Counted from the stretch's first letter, positions 10,117 through 18,969 are shown. The stretch: DNA of 64,000 nucleotides from an uncultured Chloroflexia bacterium (GCA_963728205.1 CAVSIV010000006.1:1440001-1504000), one strand, 5' to 3'. A program made the numbers and translations. The notes: a model not told the origin generated them from the letters alone.

Positions 10117-10240
10117 GACGCAGGCCGGTTTTCTGGCTCGCCGCGCTCCCGGGCCCGGGAGCGCGACTCACAGTTGCGGGACAGCGCCGGTTTCGCACCG
10201 GACTTGCCCGGACACCACGTCGAATCGCGACGATAGCACC
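10117..10240 (-). promoter_or_regulatory. Cobalamin riboswitch
   Basis: Minus strand reads GGCAAGUCCGGUGCGAAACCGGCGCUGUCCCGCAACUGUGAG...GAGCCAGAAAACCGGCC (B12-box and conserved core) upstream of btuF. Confidence 0.93.
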
Positions 10241-10338
10241 ACCCCGCTGCGCACACCACGCGCCGAACGGGCGAACGGCCGCGGCAGGGTGCCGGTGCCC
10301 CACCGCGGCCGCTCGGGAAGCGAAGAGCCGCCCGGACG

Positions 10339-10893
10339 CTAGTCGACGCCGACGGCGTGCTCCGGCCGCACGAGGTTGCCCGTGTGCGACTCCGTCAGCA
10401 CGTGATACTCCCAGGTGCCCCAGACCGCCCAGTCAGGGTTGCCCGTATAACGCGGGTCCGTCTGGCTCACGATGAGGTAGTTGTACTGCCCGTTGTCGTC
10501 ATAGCCAGAGCAATTGATGTGGTTCTGGATCCACCCCTCGTTCATGTAAGGGTCGTTGCCGAAGTCCGCCCGGTAGTTGATGACGTAGTTGCACGTCGTC
10601 AGCGTTGCCGCGTCGAGCGCCCCGATGCTGTCGACGGTTCCCTGGATGCGCCCGTCGCCGAGGTCCCAGTAGTAGTCGCCGTTGGCGTCGTATGCGTACA
10701 CGGACGTGTAGTGGCCGTTCACGTACACGCCGGCATCGGGATAGCCGTTCCCGTCCTGGTCGTAACGGGCGCTGTCGTGACCGGGCACGCGCGTGCCCGC
10801 CGAGGCGGCCGACACGAGCGCCACGGCCGCGACCACCGACGCGAGCAGCGCAAGCAGCACCGGGATCGATGCGCGTCTCAGAGCGTGTGACAT
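10339..10893 (-). CDS. Secreted hypothetical protein (Tyr/Asp/Asn-rich)
   Basis: Signal peptide, DQDGNGYPD motif, two Cys; clean codon pattern. Confidence 0.75.
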   Translation of the reverse strand: MSHALRRASIPVLLALLASVVAAVALVSAASAGTRVPGHDSARYDQDGNGYPDAGVYVNGHYTSVYAYDANGDYYWDLGDGRIQGTVDSIGALDAATLTTCNYVINYRADFGNDPYMNEGWIQNHINCSGYDDNGQYNYLIVSQTDPRYTGNPDWAVWGTWEYHVLTESHTGNLVRPEHAVGVD

Positions 10894-11008
10894 GGGAGTC
10901 CAATCCGGAAGCGAAGCCTGTGTCGTTGACGGCGCCATTACACGCACCATGGGCGCAGGATGACAACCCGTTCTCGGTAGGCATTCCAGCCACCCGGCGG
11001 TGCCGGCG

Positions 11009-12208
11009 CTACCGAGTGCGGGCGTCCATCTCCTCCGCGATCACGTCGGCGATCACCCCGACCGCTCGCTCGATCGTCTCCGGATCGGCCGCGGTGAAGT
11101 TCATGCGCAGCGTGGCGGCGCCGACGCGCTGGTCGACGAAGAAGAACTTGCCTGGCACGAACGCGACCCCGCGCGCCAGCGCTCGCTCGTTCAGCCGTTC
11201 GGCATCGAATCCCGCCGGACCCTCGACCCAGACGAACATGCCGCCCTCGGGACGCGTCCAGCGGAAGTCCTCGGGCATGTGCTGAGCGAGCGCGTCGAGC
11301 ATCGCGCGCTGCCGGGGCCGGTAGAGATCGAGGATGTGCGGCAGCCGGCGGGCGAGGTGGCCGCCGGTGATGTACTCCGCAGCCAGCGCCTGGCCGAACG
11401 TGCTCGTGTGCAGGTCCACCCCCTGCCGCGCGATCACGAGCCAGCGCTGCAGCGCGGCCGGCGCCAGGCAGAAGCCGATGCGCAGACCGGGCGCGAACGT
11501 CTTCGACAGCGTGCTCACGTAGACGACGTGATCCGGCGCGAGCGACTTGATCGACGGCACCGGAACGCCCGCGTAGCGGAGCGCGCTGTACGGGTCGTCC
11601 TCGATCAGCAGCGCGTCATGGTGCTGCAGGATCGCCGCGACCGCGCGTCGGCGCGCGAGCGTCAGCGTGCGGCCGGTCGGGTTCTGGAACGTCGGAACGA
11701 GGTAGACGAGCTTCACGCGCTCGCCCGCGAGCGCGCGGTCCAGCGCGTCGGGCAGGAGGCCGTCGTCGTCGGTGGCGAGCTCGACGTAGCGCGGGCCGTA
11801 GGCGTTGAACGCCTGCAGCGCGCCGAGGTAGGTGGGCGCCTCAACGGCGATCGCGTCGCCGGGGGAGACGAGCACCTTGCCGACGGCGTCGAGCACGCCC
11901 TGCGAGCCGCTGAACACGAGGACGTCGTCCGCCGTCGCGGGGATGCCGCGGGCGGCGACCTCGCCGGCGAGCGCCGCGCGCAGCGGCGCGAAGCCCTCGC
12001 TCGCGTCGTACTGGAGCGCGCGGGCGCCGTGGCGCGCGAGGACGGCGCCGGTGATCTCTTCCATGATGTCGAGCGGGAAGCTCTCGGCCGCCGGCAGCCC
12101 GCCGGCGAGCGAGATCATGTCGGGCGACGACGCGACCTTGAGGATCTCGCGGATCGCGCTGGCCTCCATGCCGCTGGTTCGGTCGGCGAGCAGATCGTCG
12201 AAGTTCAT
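11009..12208 (-). CDS. PLP-dependent class I aminotransferase (LysN/2-aminoadipate type)
   Basis: SAIREIL, ISLAGGLP, PTFQNPTG, EDDPY, TLSKTFAPGLRIG, PEGGMF. Confidence 0.92.
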   Translation of the reverse strand: MNFDDLLADRTSGMEASAIREILKVASSPDMISLAGGLPAAESFPLDIMEEITGAVLARHGARALQYDASEGFAPLRAALAGEVAARGIPATADDVLVFSGSQGVLDAVGKVLVSPGDAIAVEAPTYLGALQAFNAYGPRYVELATDDDGLLPDALDRALAGERVKLVYLVPTFQNPTGRTLTLARRRAVAAILQHHDALLIEDDPYSALRYAGVPVPSIKSLAPDHVVYVSTLSKTFAPGLRIGFCLAPAALQRWLVIARQGVDLHTSTFGQALAAEYITGGHLARRLPHILDLYRPRQRAMLDALAQHMPEDFRWTRPEGGMFVWVEGPAGFDAERLNERALARGVAFVPGKFFFVDQRVGAATLRMNFTAADPETIERAVGVIADVIAEEMDARTR

Positions 12209-12385
12209 GGCAGGGGATCCTATGCGCCGGAGACGGCGAGCGCGGGCCCGCGCCCGGTGCTCGATCGCGAGCGTCGCCCATCGCGATGGCCGGGGCATGC
12301 CGCGCCGGGGAGCCGCCTCAGCTCGAGCACGGGGCGTCAGGCGCGCGGTCGCCGGTTGTCCCTCGCGCACGCCGCCGGCGGCGCG

Positions 12386-12414
12386 TTGACACGCCGTGCG
12401 CCGCTCCCTAGCGT
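12386..12414 (+). promoter_or_regulatory. Sigma70-type promoter for the GNAT operon leader
   Basis: TTGACA-17nt-TAGCGT. Confidence 0.65.
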
Positions 12415-12423
12415 CATCGCACC

Positions 12424-12528
12424 ATGCAGCGCACCACTTGCGCCACGCCGTTCGCCCTCGCTCGGACCGCCGATGCCCACGGTCGCATCGTCGTGTCCTC
12501 GGATCCGGGGGCCGAGGCGCCTGCATAG
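12424..12528 (+). CDS. Putative 34-aa leader peptide MQRTTCATPFALARTADAHGRIVVSSDPGAEAPA
   Basis: ATG 9 nt after the -10 box; ORF overlaps the antiterminator strand. Confidence 0.5.
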   Translation: MQRTTCATPFALARTADAHGRIVVSSDPGAEAPA

Positions 12529-12557
12529 GAGACCAACCCTCTCGCCGCAGCGCCAAT

Positions 12558-12586
12558 CGGCCCGTCAGACGACGGGCCGCTTTCTT
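12558..12586 (+). terminator. Attenuator terminator upstream of the GNAT genes
   Basis: CGGCCCGTC-AGAC-GACGGGCCG followed by CTTTCTT. Confidence 0.7.
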
Positions 12587-12624
12587 GCCCGGGCCGCCCG
12601 GCGCCCGGGGCGAAGGAGCGCACG

Positions 12625-13200
12625 ATGCCACTGATGGGAGAACGCACCCGACTGCGCGCGATCGAGCCGGAGGACGCTGCCGCCGCGTTCCGCTGGGTCA
12701 ACGACCCCGAGGTGACGGAGCACCTGGCGATCCGCTACCCGATGTCGCTCGCGACGGAGCAGGCGTGGGCGGAGCGGGCGGGCGCTCCGCCGGGATACCG
12801 CAACGCCGTCTTCGCCATCGAGGCGCTCGACGACGGCACGCTGATCGGGGTCTGCGGGCTCCACGGCCAGACGCCCGAGGACCGCACCTCCGAGCTCGGC
12901 GTAAACATCGGCGAGCGGTCGCGGTGGGGCCGTGGCTACGGCTTCGACGCGCTGCGCACGCTGCTCGGATTCGGCTTCCGCGAGCTCAACCTGCGGCGCA
13001 TCTGGCTGCGCGTCGACGAGAACCACCCGCGCGGCATCGCGCTCTACGAGCGCCTCGGGTTCGCACACGAGGGCCGCCAGCGCGCGTCGCACTGGAGCCG
13101 GGGACGCGCGCTCGACTTCCTGGTGATGGGCATCGCGCGCGAAGAGTTCGACGTCCGCTACGGCGCGTACGAGGAGGTGGGCGATGTTCCTCGAGGGTGA
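12625..13200 (+). CDS. GNAT N-acetyltransferase, RimJ/RimL family
   Basis: LRAIEPED, ELGVNIG, WGRGYG, N..GIALYERLGF..EG. Confidence 0.9.
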   Translation: MPLMGERTRLRAIEPEDAAAAFRWVNDPEVTEHLAIRYPMSLATEQAWAERAGAPPGYRNAVFAIEALDDGTLIGVCGLHGQTPEDRTSELGVNIGERSRWGRGYGFDALRTLLGFGFRELNLRRIWLRVDENHPRGIALYERLGFAHEGRQRASHWSRGRALDFLVMGIAREEFDVRYGAYEEVGDVPRG

Positions 13201-13750
13201 GCGCACGCGGCTGCGCCCGGCGCTCGCCGACGACGCGCGGCGATTCCTGGCGTGGATCAACGACCCGGAGATCGCGCACTACCTCGGCGGGCCGGCGTTC
13301 CAGTTCTCGGTCGCGGCAGAGCGCGCGTTCGTCGAGTCGCACCTCGAGAACGACTGGGATCACGGCATCTTCCTCGTCATCGAGGCGACCGACCGCCCCG
13401 CCCCCGTGCCGATCGGGACCCTCGATCTGCGGCAGCTCGACCCGATCGCGCGTCGCGGCACGGTCGGCATGGAGATCGGCGAGCGCGACTACTGGAGCCG
13501 CGGCTTCGGCAGCGACGCGCTGCGCACGCTGTGCCGCTTCGCCTTCGACGAGCTCGACCTGCACCGCATCGAGCTCACCGTTGCGGCCTTCAACCCGCGC
13601 GCGCAGCGCGCGTATGAGAAGGTCGGCTTCGTCGTCGAGGGCCGCCTGCGGGAGCATCGCTACGCCGCCGGTCGCTACCACGACACGCTGGTCATGGGGC
13701 TGTTGTGCGACGACTTCCGCGCGCGCGAAGAAGAACGGCGAGCGGAATGA
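13184..13750 (+). CDS. GNAT N-acetyltransferase, RimJ/RimL family (paralog of upstream gene)
   Basis: GERTRLRP, WSRGFGSDAL, FNPRAQRAYEKVGFVVEGRLRE. Confidence 0.9.
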   Translation: MFLEGERTRLRPALADDARRFLAWINDPEIAHYLGGPAFQFSVAAERAFVESHLENDWDHGIFLVIEATDRPAPVPIGTLDLRQLDPIARRGTVGMEIGERDYWSRGFGSDALRTLCRFAFDELDLHRIELTVAAFNPRAQRAYEKVGFVVEGRLREHRYAAGRYHDTLVMGLLCDDFRAREEERRAE

Positions 13751-14511
13751 GCGTCGTGCCGGCCGACTACTCGGCGTATGCCGACCTGTATGACCGGCGC
13801 GTCTCGGGCGTCGCCGGAGACGTCGACTTCTACCGCGCGCTCGCGCTCGAGGGCGGCGGCCCGGTCGTCGAGCTCGGCGTGGGGACCGGCCGCATCGCCA
13901 TCCCGATTGCCGCGGCGGGCGTGCCGGTGATCGGCGTCGACCTCTCGGCGGCGATGCTGCGGGTTGCGGCGGCGAAGGCGCGGGCGGCCGGCCCCGGCGT
14001 CGTCGATCGCCTGTGGCTCGGGCAGGGCGACATGCGCGCGTTCGCGCTGCGCCGACCGGTCTCGCTCGTGACGATCCCGTTCCGCACGTTTCTCCACAAC
14101 GTGACCACGGAGGACCAGCTCGCCACGCTCGCTGCGGCGCGGGCGGCGCTCGCGCCCGACGGGCGCCTCGCGCTCAACGTCTTCAACCCGGACGTGCTGA
14201 TGATCGCCGACGGCGTGCGTCGCGGCGGCGCCTGGCAGCCGGGCGCTGGCCCGCGTGGTGCCGACCAGCAGCTCACGTACGAGCCGACTGCGCAGGTCTC
14301 GCGCACGACGTGGACCTTCGCGCGGCCGGTGGGCGGGCGCGTGCGGTTCTCGTTCAGCCTGCGGTACGTGTACCGCTACGAGATGGAGCACCTGCTCGCG
14401 CGCGCCGGCTTCGCGGTCGAGGCGCTCTACGGGGACCATTTCCGCGCCCCGTTCGTCGAGACTTCGACGGAGATGGTGTGGATTGCGCGGCGTGCGGGCG
14501 CCGCACATTAG
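13747..14511 (+). CDS. Class I SAM-dependent methyltransferase
   Basis: VELGVGTGR, GVDLSAAML, GDMR; ATGA overlap. Confidence 0.9.
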   Translation: MSVVPADYSAYADLYDRRVSGVAGDVDFYRALALEGGGPVVELGVGTGRIAIPIAAAGVPVIGVDLSAAMLRVAAAKARAAGPGVVDRLWLGQGDMRAFALRRPVSLVTIPFRTFLHNVTTEDQLATLAAARAALAPDGRLALNVFNPDVLMIADGVRRGGAWQPGAGPRGADQQLTYEPTAQVSRTTWTFARPVGGRVRFSFSLRYVYRYEMEHLLARAGFAVEALYGDHFRAPFVETSTEMVWIARRAGAAH

Positions 14512-14596
14512 AAAATGTCTTGATCCCGTCCGTCAGCATAGAGGTGATGGCGCCTCGGAGCGTGCGGGCGGCTCGAACGCTGCTGCGCGTTATTCG

Positions 14597-14682
14597 TCAC
14601 AATCTCGCAACGTTGGGTTGACAAGCGAGTCGCTTTGCGTATGCTCTTGTTGTCACAATCACGAAACCAACGCGATTGTGAT
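14597..14682 (+). promoter_or_regulatory. Sigma70-type promoter with repeated TCACAATC operator-like boxes
   Basis: TTGACA (14618) 16 nt TATGCT (14640); TCACAATC at 14597 and 14653, inverted GATTGTGA at 14674. Confidence 0.6.
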
Positions 14683-14696
14683 AGGGCGCATAGCGC

Positions 14697-14812
14697 ACTG
14701 CCGAATTCCCGCACGCGGGAACCGGGGGACCCAGAACCTGGGGTGAACTTCTCTTCGGAGGAGCGGGCCAGCCTGATTCGGCCCGAACCCGTCAGCTAAC
14801 CCCGGAGGCAGG
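14697..14812 (+). promoter_or_regulatory. c-di-AMP riboswitch (ydaO/yuaA class)
   Basis: CCGAAUUCCC..GGAACCGGGGGACCC..UGGGGUGAA..CCCGAACCCGUCAGCUAACCCCGGAGGC matches the ydaO consensus core; CUUCGG tetraloop stem. Confidence 0.9.
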
Positions 14813-14869
14813 ATGGGTCAGGCCCAGCCGGCGGGCTGCCGGAATGCCGACGATCCAGGAGATCCACCA

Positions 14870-15082
14870 ATGCTCTCGAGCGCTCCGCCGAAGAAGTGTC
14901 CTCGCTGCCGCGGCCTCATGATTATCGAGGACGACTGGTACGGGAAGTTCGGCAGCTGCATCGCGTGCGGCTACGTGCACGACACCGAGCGCTGCGACCC
15001 GACCGACCTCGAAGAGGAAGAGCGCCTCGCGGCCGGCAAGCAGCGGCGCCGCCAGCCCTCGCACGGGAAGCTTCGCCTCTAG
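14870..15082 (+). CDS. Small zinc-ribbon protein (70 aa) with basic C-terminus
   Basis: CPRC..CIAC; AGGAGA RBS before ATG 14870. Confidence 0.8.
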   Translation: MLSSAPPKKCPRCRGLMIIEDDWYGKFGSCIACGYVHDTERCDPTDLEEEERLAAGKQRRRQPSHGKLRL

Positions 15083-15143
15083 TCCGTCGCCGGGACCGTC
15101 CTCCTCCCCTATGCTGCAGGCCGGTTCGCGGGAGGAGACACGC

Positions 15144-15449
15144 ATGGCGTACGTCCGCATTTCCCACATGCGCCCGAAGTCGGGTGAGGAGCAGCGCGTC
15201 GGGGAGATCCTCGACAAGCTCTCCACCTTCTATTCCGCCGAGGGCGGCTACGTCCTCGGGTACCGGCTGCAGCACCACGAGGGCGACGTGACCCGGCTGG
15301 GTCGCGTCGGCGTGTGGGAGAGCGAGGAGCATGCCGTCCACGCGGCGCAGACCGAGCACGCGCTCGCGCTGCGCTCGCAGTTGCTCCGCCTGATCGACGA
15401 GGACTCCCACGAGGAGCTCTCGTTCGAGGGCGAGCGGGACGGCGCGTAG
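15144..15449 (+). CDS. Dimeric alpha/beta barrel (ABM-like) small protein
   Basis: GGAGGA RBS; M.PK.G.E start and VWESEEHA..AAQTEH..ALR pattern. Confidence 0.7.
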   Translation: MAYVRISHMRPKSGEEQRVGEILDKLSTFYSAEGGYVLGYRLQHHEGDVTRLGRVGVWESEEHAVHAAQTEHALALRSQLLRLIDEDSHEELSFEGERDGA

Positions 15450-15487
15450 CGCGAGCCCCGCGTTCGCATCCGCACCGCGACATACCA

Positions 15488-15516
15488 GAGAGCCGGGCAT
15501 CCGCCCGGCTCTTTTC
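15488..15516 (+). terminator. Intrinsic terminator
   Basis: AGAGCCGGGC-ATCC-GCCCGGCTCT-TTT. Confidence 0.75.
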
Positions 15517-15571
15517 GTGGCGGCCGGTTGCCGCTCGACGCTGGCATCCGCGGCGCTCCGCGATTCTCGGC

Positions 15572-16579
15572 CTAGGCAGCGTCGGTCGCCGGCGGCCGGC
15601 GGCGCGACAGGGGCGCGACCGGGCTGTCGGGCGCGATGTCCGTCATCCCGCCGAGCGTGAGCACGAACTCGCGGATCAGCTCCGGGGAGAAGCGCCCGTC
15701 CATCCGGTGCCGCATGTTGTAGAGCGCGGCGAACGGCCCGGCCGGCGTGTGCGCGCGACGCTGGCTCGTCATCGAGTCGAACACGTCCGCGAGCTGCACG
15801 ATCTGCACGGGCAGCGACAGTCGTCCGCTCTCACCGGACCCGTGGTGGTTGCGCACGATGTCAAGCACGATCGGGTCGTCGATACCGGCCTGCTCGAGCG
15901 ACGTCGCGCCGCGCCGCGGGTGGCGTGCCAGGAAGTGTCGCTCGAGGTCCGTCCGCAGGTCGTCGGGCTTCGTCAGCAGCGTCGGCTCGACGGCGGCGAG
16001 GCCGACGTCGTGGATCAGCGCGCCGATGCCAATCGCCGAGAGGTCCTTGTCGGTGAACTCGTCGCGCCGCGCGGCGAGCACGATCGCGTAGGCGGCGACG
16101 TTCGATGAGTGCGTGAAGAGCTGCTCGTGCTCCTCGGCGAAGCGGACGACGCCCGAGAGGATGGAGCTGTCGTTCGCGATGGTGTCGGAGAGTACGTCCG
16201 ACACGCCGCGCAGTCGGTCGAGGTCGCCCGGCGACTCGATGCGCGCGAGCGACTGCCGCAGCGTGGCGCGGGTGGCGTCGCGCAGGTAGCGCGCCTTCTC
16301 CTGCGGCGTGCGCGCGGCGCGCACGGCGTCGCCGACATGCGCGGCGACGTACGCCTCCAGCTGGTCGGCCTGCGCCGACGAGACGTAGAGCGTCTCGATC
16401 TCGCGGTGCTTGAGCTTCTCGAGGGATTCGCCGTCGACCGACTCGTTGCCGGACCGGTACAGCACGTACCGGCCACCCACGTGGAGGTAGAGGTGGACGC
16501 CGGTGACGGCATCGGGGCTGATGAACTGCCGGGGGATCCCGATGTAATCGGGGCTCTCCCCATCGACGTCCGGCGTCAT
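15572..16579 (-). CDS. HD-GYP-like protein with degenerate GYP loop
   Basis: HSSNVA, IHDVG, HPRRG, NHH, LADVFDSMTSQR; HHExxDGxGYP replaced by HHGSGESG. Confidence 0.85.
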   Translation of the reverse strand: MTPDVDGESPDYIGIPRQFISPDAVTGVHLYLHVGGRYVLYRSGNESVDGESLEKLKHREIETLYVSSAQADQLEAYVAAHVGDAVRAARTPQEKARYLRDATRATLRQSLARIESPGDLDRLRGVSDVLSDTIANDSSILSGVVRFAEEHEQLFTHSSNVAAYAIVLAARRDEFTDKDLSAIGIGALIHDVGLAAVEPTLLTKPDDLRTDLERHFLARHPRRGATSLEQAGIDDPIVLDIVRNHHGSGESGRLSLPVQIVQLADVFDSMTSQRRAHTPAGPFAALYNMRHRMDGRFSPELIREFVLTLGGMTDIAPDSPVAPLSRRRPPATDAA

Positions 16580-16834
16580 CCCACGTCGCTCCTGCGCGCT
16601 CGGCGTGCTTCGGCCACTCGCTCGGGAGTCGCTGACCGGATCATCGGTCGGCGCCGTGGGACTCGACAGGGTTCGCACCGATGGGTGTGCGTGTCGGGCG
16701 CCGCGGTGCGTGGGCGGACGTGCGGGCATGTGGGATTCCGCGTGCGGATCTAGGGACTTCACCTGATAGGGCGCCGGCGAGGCCGTCCGTAGCATCCCGA
16801 ACTAGCAACGCAGGTGCCCAGCGAGGTTCCCACC

Positions 16835-17062
16835 ATGTCCGACCCGCGACCCGAGCTCCGCGTCGTCGACGACGCAGTTCCGCACTGTGTTCACCACTGG
16901 GTGCTCGGCGAGCCGGTCAGCGGCGTGATCCTCGGCCGCTGCAGGCGCTGCGGTGCCAACCGGACCTACCCCGCGGTCCCCGAGTCGGGGCAGCGGTTCG
17001 ACGACTACCGCGAGCTGACGTCCACCGACGCCTACTACAGCGGCGACCGCCGATCGGCCTAG
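16835..17062 (+). CDS. Small putative Zn-binding protein (75 aa)
   Basis: CVHHW...CRRCG; GAGG RBS. Confidence 0.7.
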   Translation: MSDPRPELRVVDDAVPHCVHHWVLGEPVSGVILGRCRRCGANRTYPAVPESGQRFDDYRELTSTDAYYSGDRRSA

Positions 17063-17171
17063 CGCATCCCCAGCGCCGACGGGCATCCGCGGGGCCACGC
17101 GCGGGACGTTCGGCGCTGGCCATCTGTAATGAGAGGCCGTAGCGTAGACGGCCGGTGACAGGGAGCATCCG

Positions 17172-17942
17172 ATGACGTTCGACCGCAACCGCGACGAAGC
17201 CCCGCTCACGCGCACGCGCCCGGCGCGTGGCTCGGCGCAGCGGATCCGACTGGTCGTCGCCGACGATCACGCGCTGCTCCGCCAGGCGTTGCGGGTGCTG
17301 CTCGAGTCCCAGCCGGGCCTCGAGGTGGTCGGCGAGGCGACGAACGGGCGCGACGCCGTCGACACCGCCGAGCGGCTGCTCCCGGACGTCGTACTGATGG
17401 ACATGGTGATGCCGGGCCTCAACGGCATCGACGCCACACGCCAGATCCTCAAGCGCGCCCCCAGCACGCGTGTCCTCATCCTGACCGCGTACCTCGAGGA
17501 CGAGCGGCTGCTCCAGGCGCTTCGCGCCGGGGCATCCGGATACGTCGTGAAGAACTCCGACCTCGAGGAGCTCCTGCTCGCGATCCAGTCGGTGTTCCGC
17601 GGCAACACCTATTTCTCGGCGACGGTGTCGGCCGAGATCTCGGTCAACGAGGTGATGCTCCAGGCGAAGCAGGCCGATGGCCGCACCGGCTATGACCTGC
17701 TCACGAACCGCGAGCGAGAGGTGCTGCAGCTGATCGCGGAGGGCCTCTCGAACCAGGCCATCGGCGAGGAGCTGGTGATCTCGGTGAAGACGGTCGAGGC
17801 GCATCGCGCGCACATCATGACCAAGCTCCACGCGAAGAACCGCACGGACCTGATTCGCTACGCGCTGAAGCGCGGCCTGGTCGGGCTGGAGAGCGCCGAT
17901 GCCGGGCCGGCCAGCGGCGACACAGGGCTGCGGGCAGGCTGA
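17172..17942 (+). CDS. NarL/FixJ-family response regulator (REC + LuxR HTH)
   Basis: ADDH, LMDMVMPG, LTNREREVL, ISVKTVEAHRAHIM. Confidence 0.95.
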   Translation: MTFDRNRDEAPLTRTRPARGSAQRIRLVVADDHALLRQALRVLLESQPGLEVVGEATNGRDAVDTAERLLPDVVLMDMVMPGLNGIDATRQILKRAPSTRVLILTAYLEDERLLQALRAGASGYVVKNSDLEELLLAIQSVFRGNTYFSATVSAEISVNEVMLQAKQADGRTGYDLLTNREREVLQLIAEGLSNQAIGEELVISVKTVEAHRAHIMTKLHAKNRTDLIRYALKRGLVGLESADAGPASGDTGLRAG

Positions 17943-18034
17943 TGCGCTTCGCGTTAGAGTAAAGGCCGGCGGCACCCGCGCCGTCTTCCACTGGTGAGGG
18001 ATCGGCGCTCCCCACGCTCTTCCGATCCGGCACG

Positions 18035-18466
18035 ATGGGTCGCACGGTGGCCGGACCAGCGATCTCAACTGCAGACACGTCTCCTGCGCCGACCGCGGAG
18101 ACGCCCGTGGTCCTCGTCGCCGAAGACGAGGAGAGCGTGCGCTCGATGGTCGCCCTCGTCCTGCGCAGTCGCGGCTACCACACGCTGCTCTGCGCCGACG
18201 GCCGTGAGGCGCTCGACCGCATCGACGCCGGCGATCACATCGACGCCGTGCTCATGGACATTCGCATGCCGCGCCTCGGCGGCATCGAGCTCGTCACCCA
18301 CATCCGCCGCCGCCCCGAGCTGCGCTCGCTGCCGGTGATCGCGATGTCCGCCTACAACGACCAGGTGCAGGAGCGCGAAGTGATCGCTGCCGGCGCGAAC
18401 GCGTTCCTGGCGAAGCCGTTCACGGTCGACGACCTGACGGCCGCGCTGGCCGCGCTGCTCCGCTAG
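18035..18466 (+). CDS. Single-domain response regulator (CheY-like)
   Basis: VAEDE, LMDIRMP, MSA, AKPF; start uncertain. Confidence 0.88.
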   Translation: MGRTVAGPAISTADTSPAPTAETPVVLVAEDEESVRSMVALVLRSRGYHTLLCADGREALDRIDAGDHIDAVLMDIRMPRLGGIELVTHIRRRPELRSLPVIAMSAYNDQVQEREVIAAGANAFLAKPFTVDDLTAALAALLR

Positions 18467-18480
18467 ACCCACCCCGCCGA

Positions 18481-18553
18481 CCACAGCGGCGGCAGACATG
18501 CCGCCGACACCGCGCGGACGCCAGCCGAGCGCCGGCATGTCTGCCGCCGCTGT
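18481..18553. repeat. REP-like family A inverted pair
   Basis: ccacagcggcggcagacatgccgccgacac ... ggcatgtctgccgccgctgt. Confidence 0.8.
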
Positions 18554-18738
18554 CGCCGGCGCTCCCCGCGCCTGCGCCAGCGCGACCCCCGCAACCTCGG
18601 TACCACTCGCGCGCCGAGTCGGGGAGCGCGCCCCGGTCGCACCGGGCATTCCCTCATACGGAACACGGCGCGCCGGCCGAACAATGGCCTCCGACGAATC
18701 GCGGCGCATGCCGCGCGCCCTCGGTCGGAGGTGCTGTC

Positions 18739-18960
18739 TTGATCCGTGTCACACGCCTCGACCAGAGCGAGTTCTATCTCAACGCCGAGCTCATCCAGAG
18801 CGTCGAGAGTACCCCCGACACCCACATCGTCCTGTTCAACGGCCACTCCTACGTCGTGCGCGAGTCCGACGACGAGGTGGTGGACCGCATCATCCGCTAC
18901 CGCCGTTCCGTCTACGGCGGCGGCGCCCCGGCGCCCTTCCTGCGCGTGGTGGAGGGGTAG
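18739..18960 (+). CDS. flbD: Flagellar protein FlbD
   Basis: IRVTRL..FYLNAELIQSVESTPDT..VVRES; TTG start with GGAGG RBS. Confidence 0.92.
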   Translation: MIRVTRLDQSEFYLNAELIQSVESTPDTHIVLFNGHSYVVRESDDEVVDRIIRYRRSVYGGGAPAPFLRVVEG

Positions 18961-18969
18961 GCCCGGCTC

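Noticed and set aside
17960-17987. Possible sigma-28 promoter (TAAA-N16-GCCGTCTT) before the CheY-like gene
   Set aside because: Spacing and -10 deviate from TAAA-N15-GCCGATAA; no convincing sigma-28 promoter found by eye in the cluster
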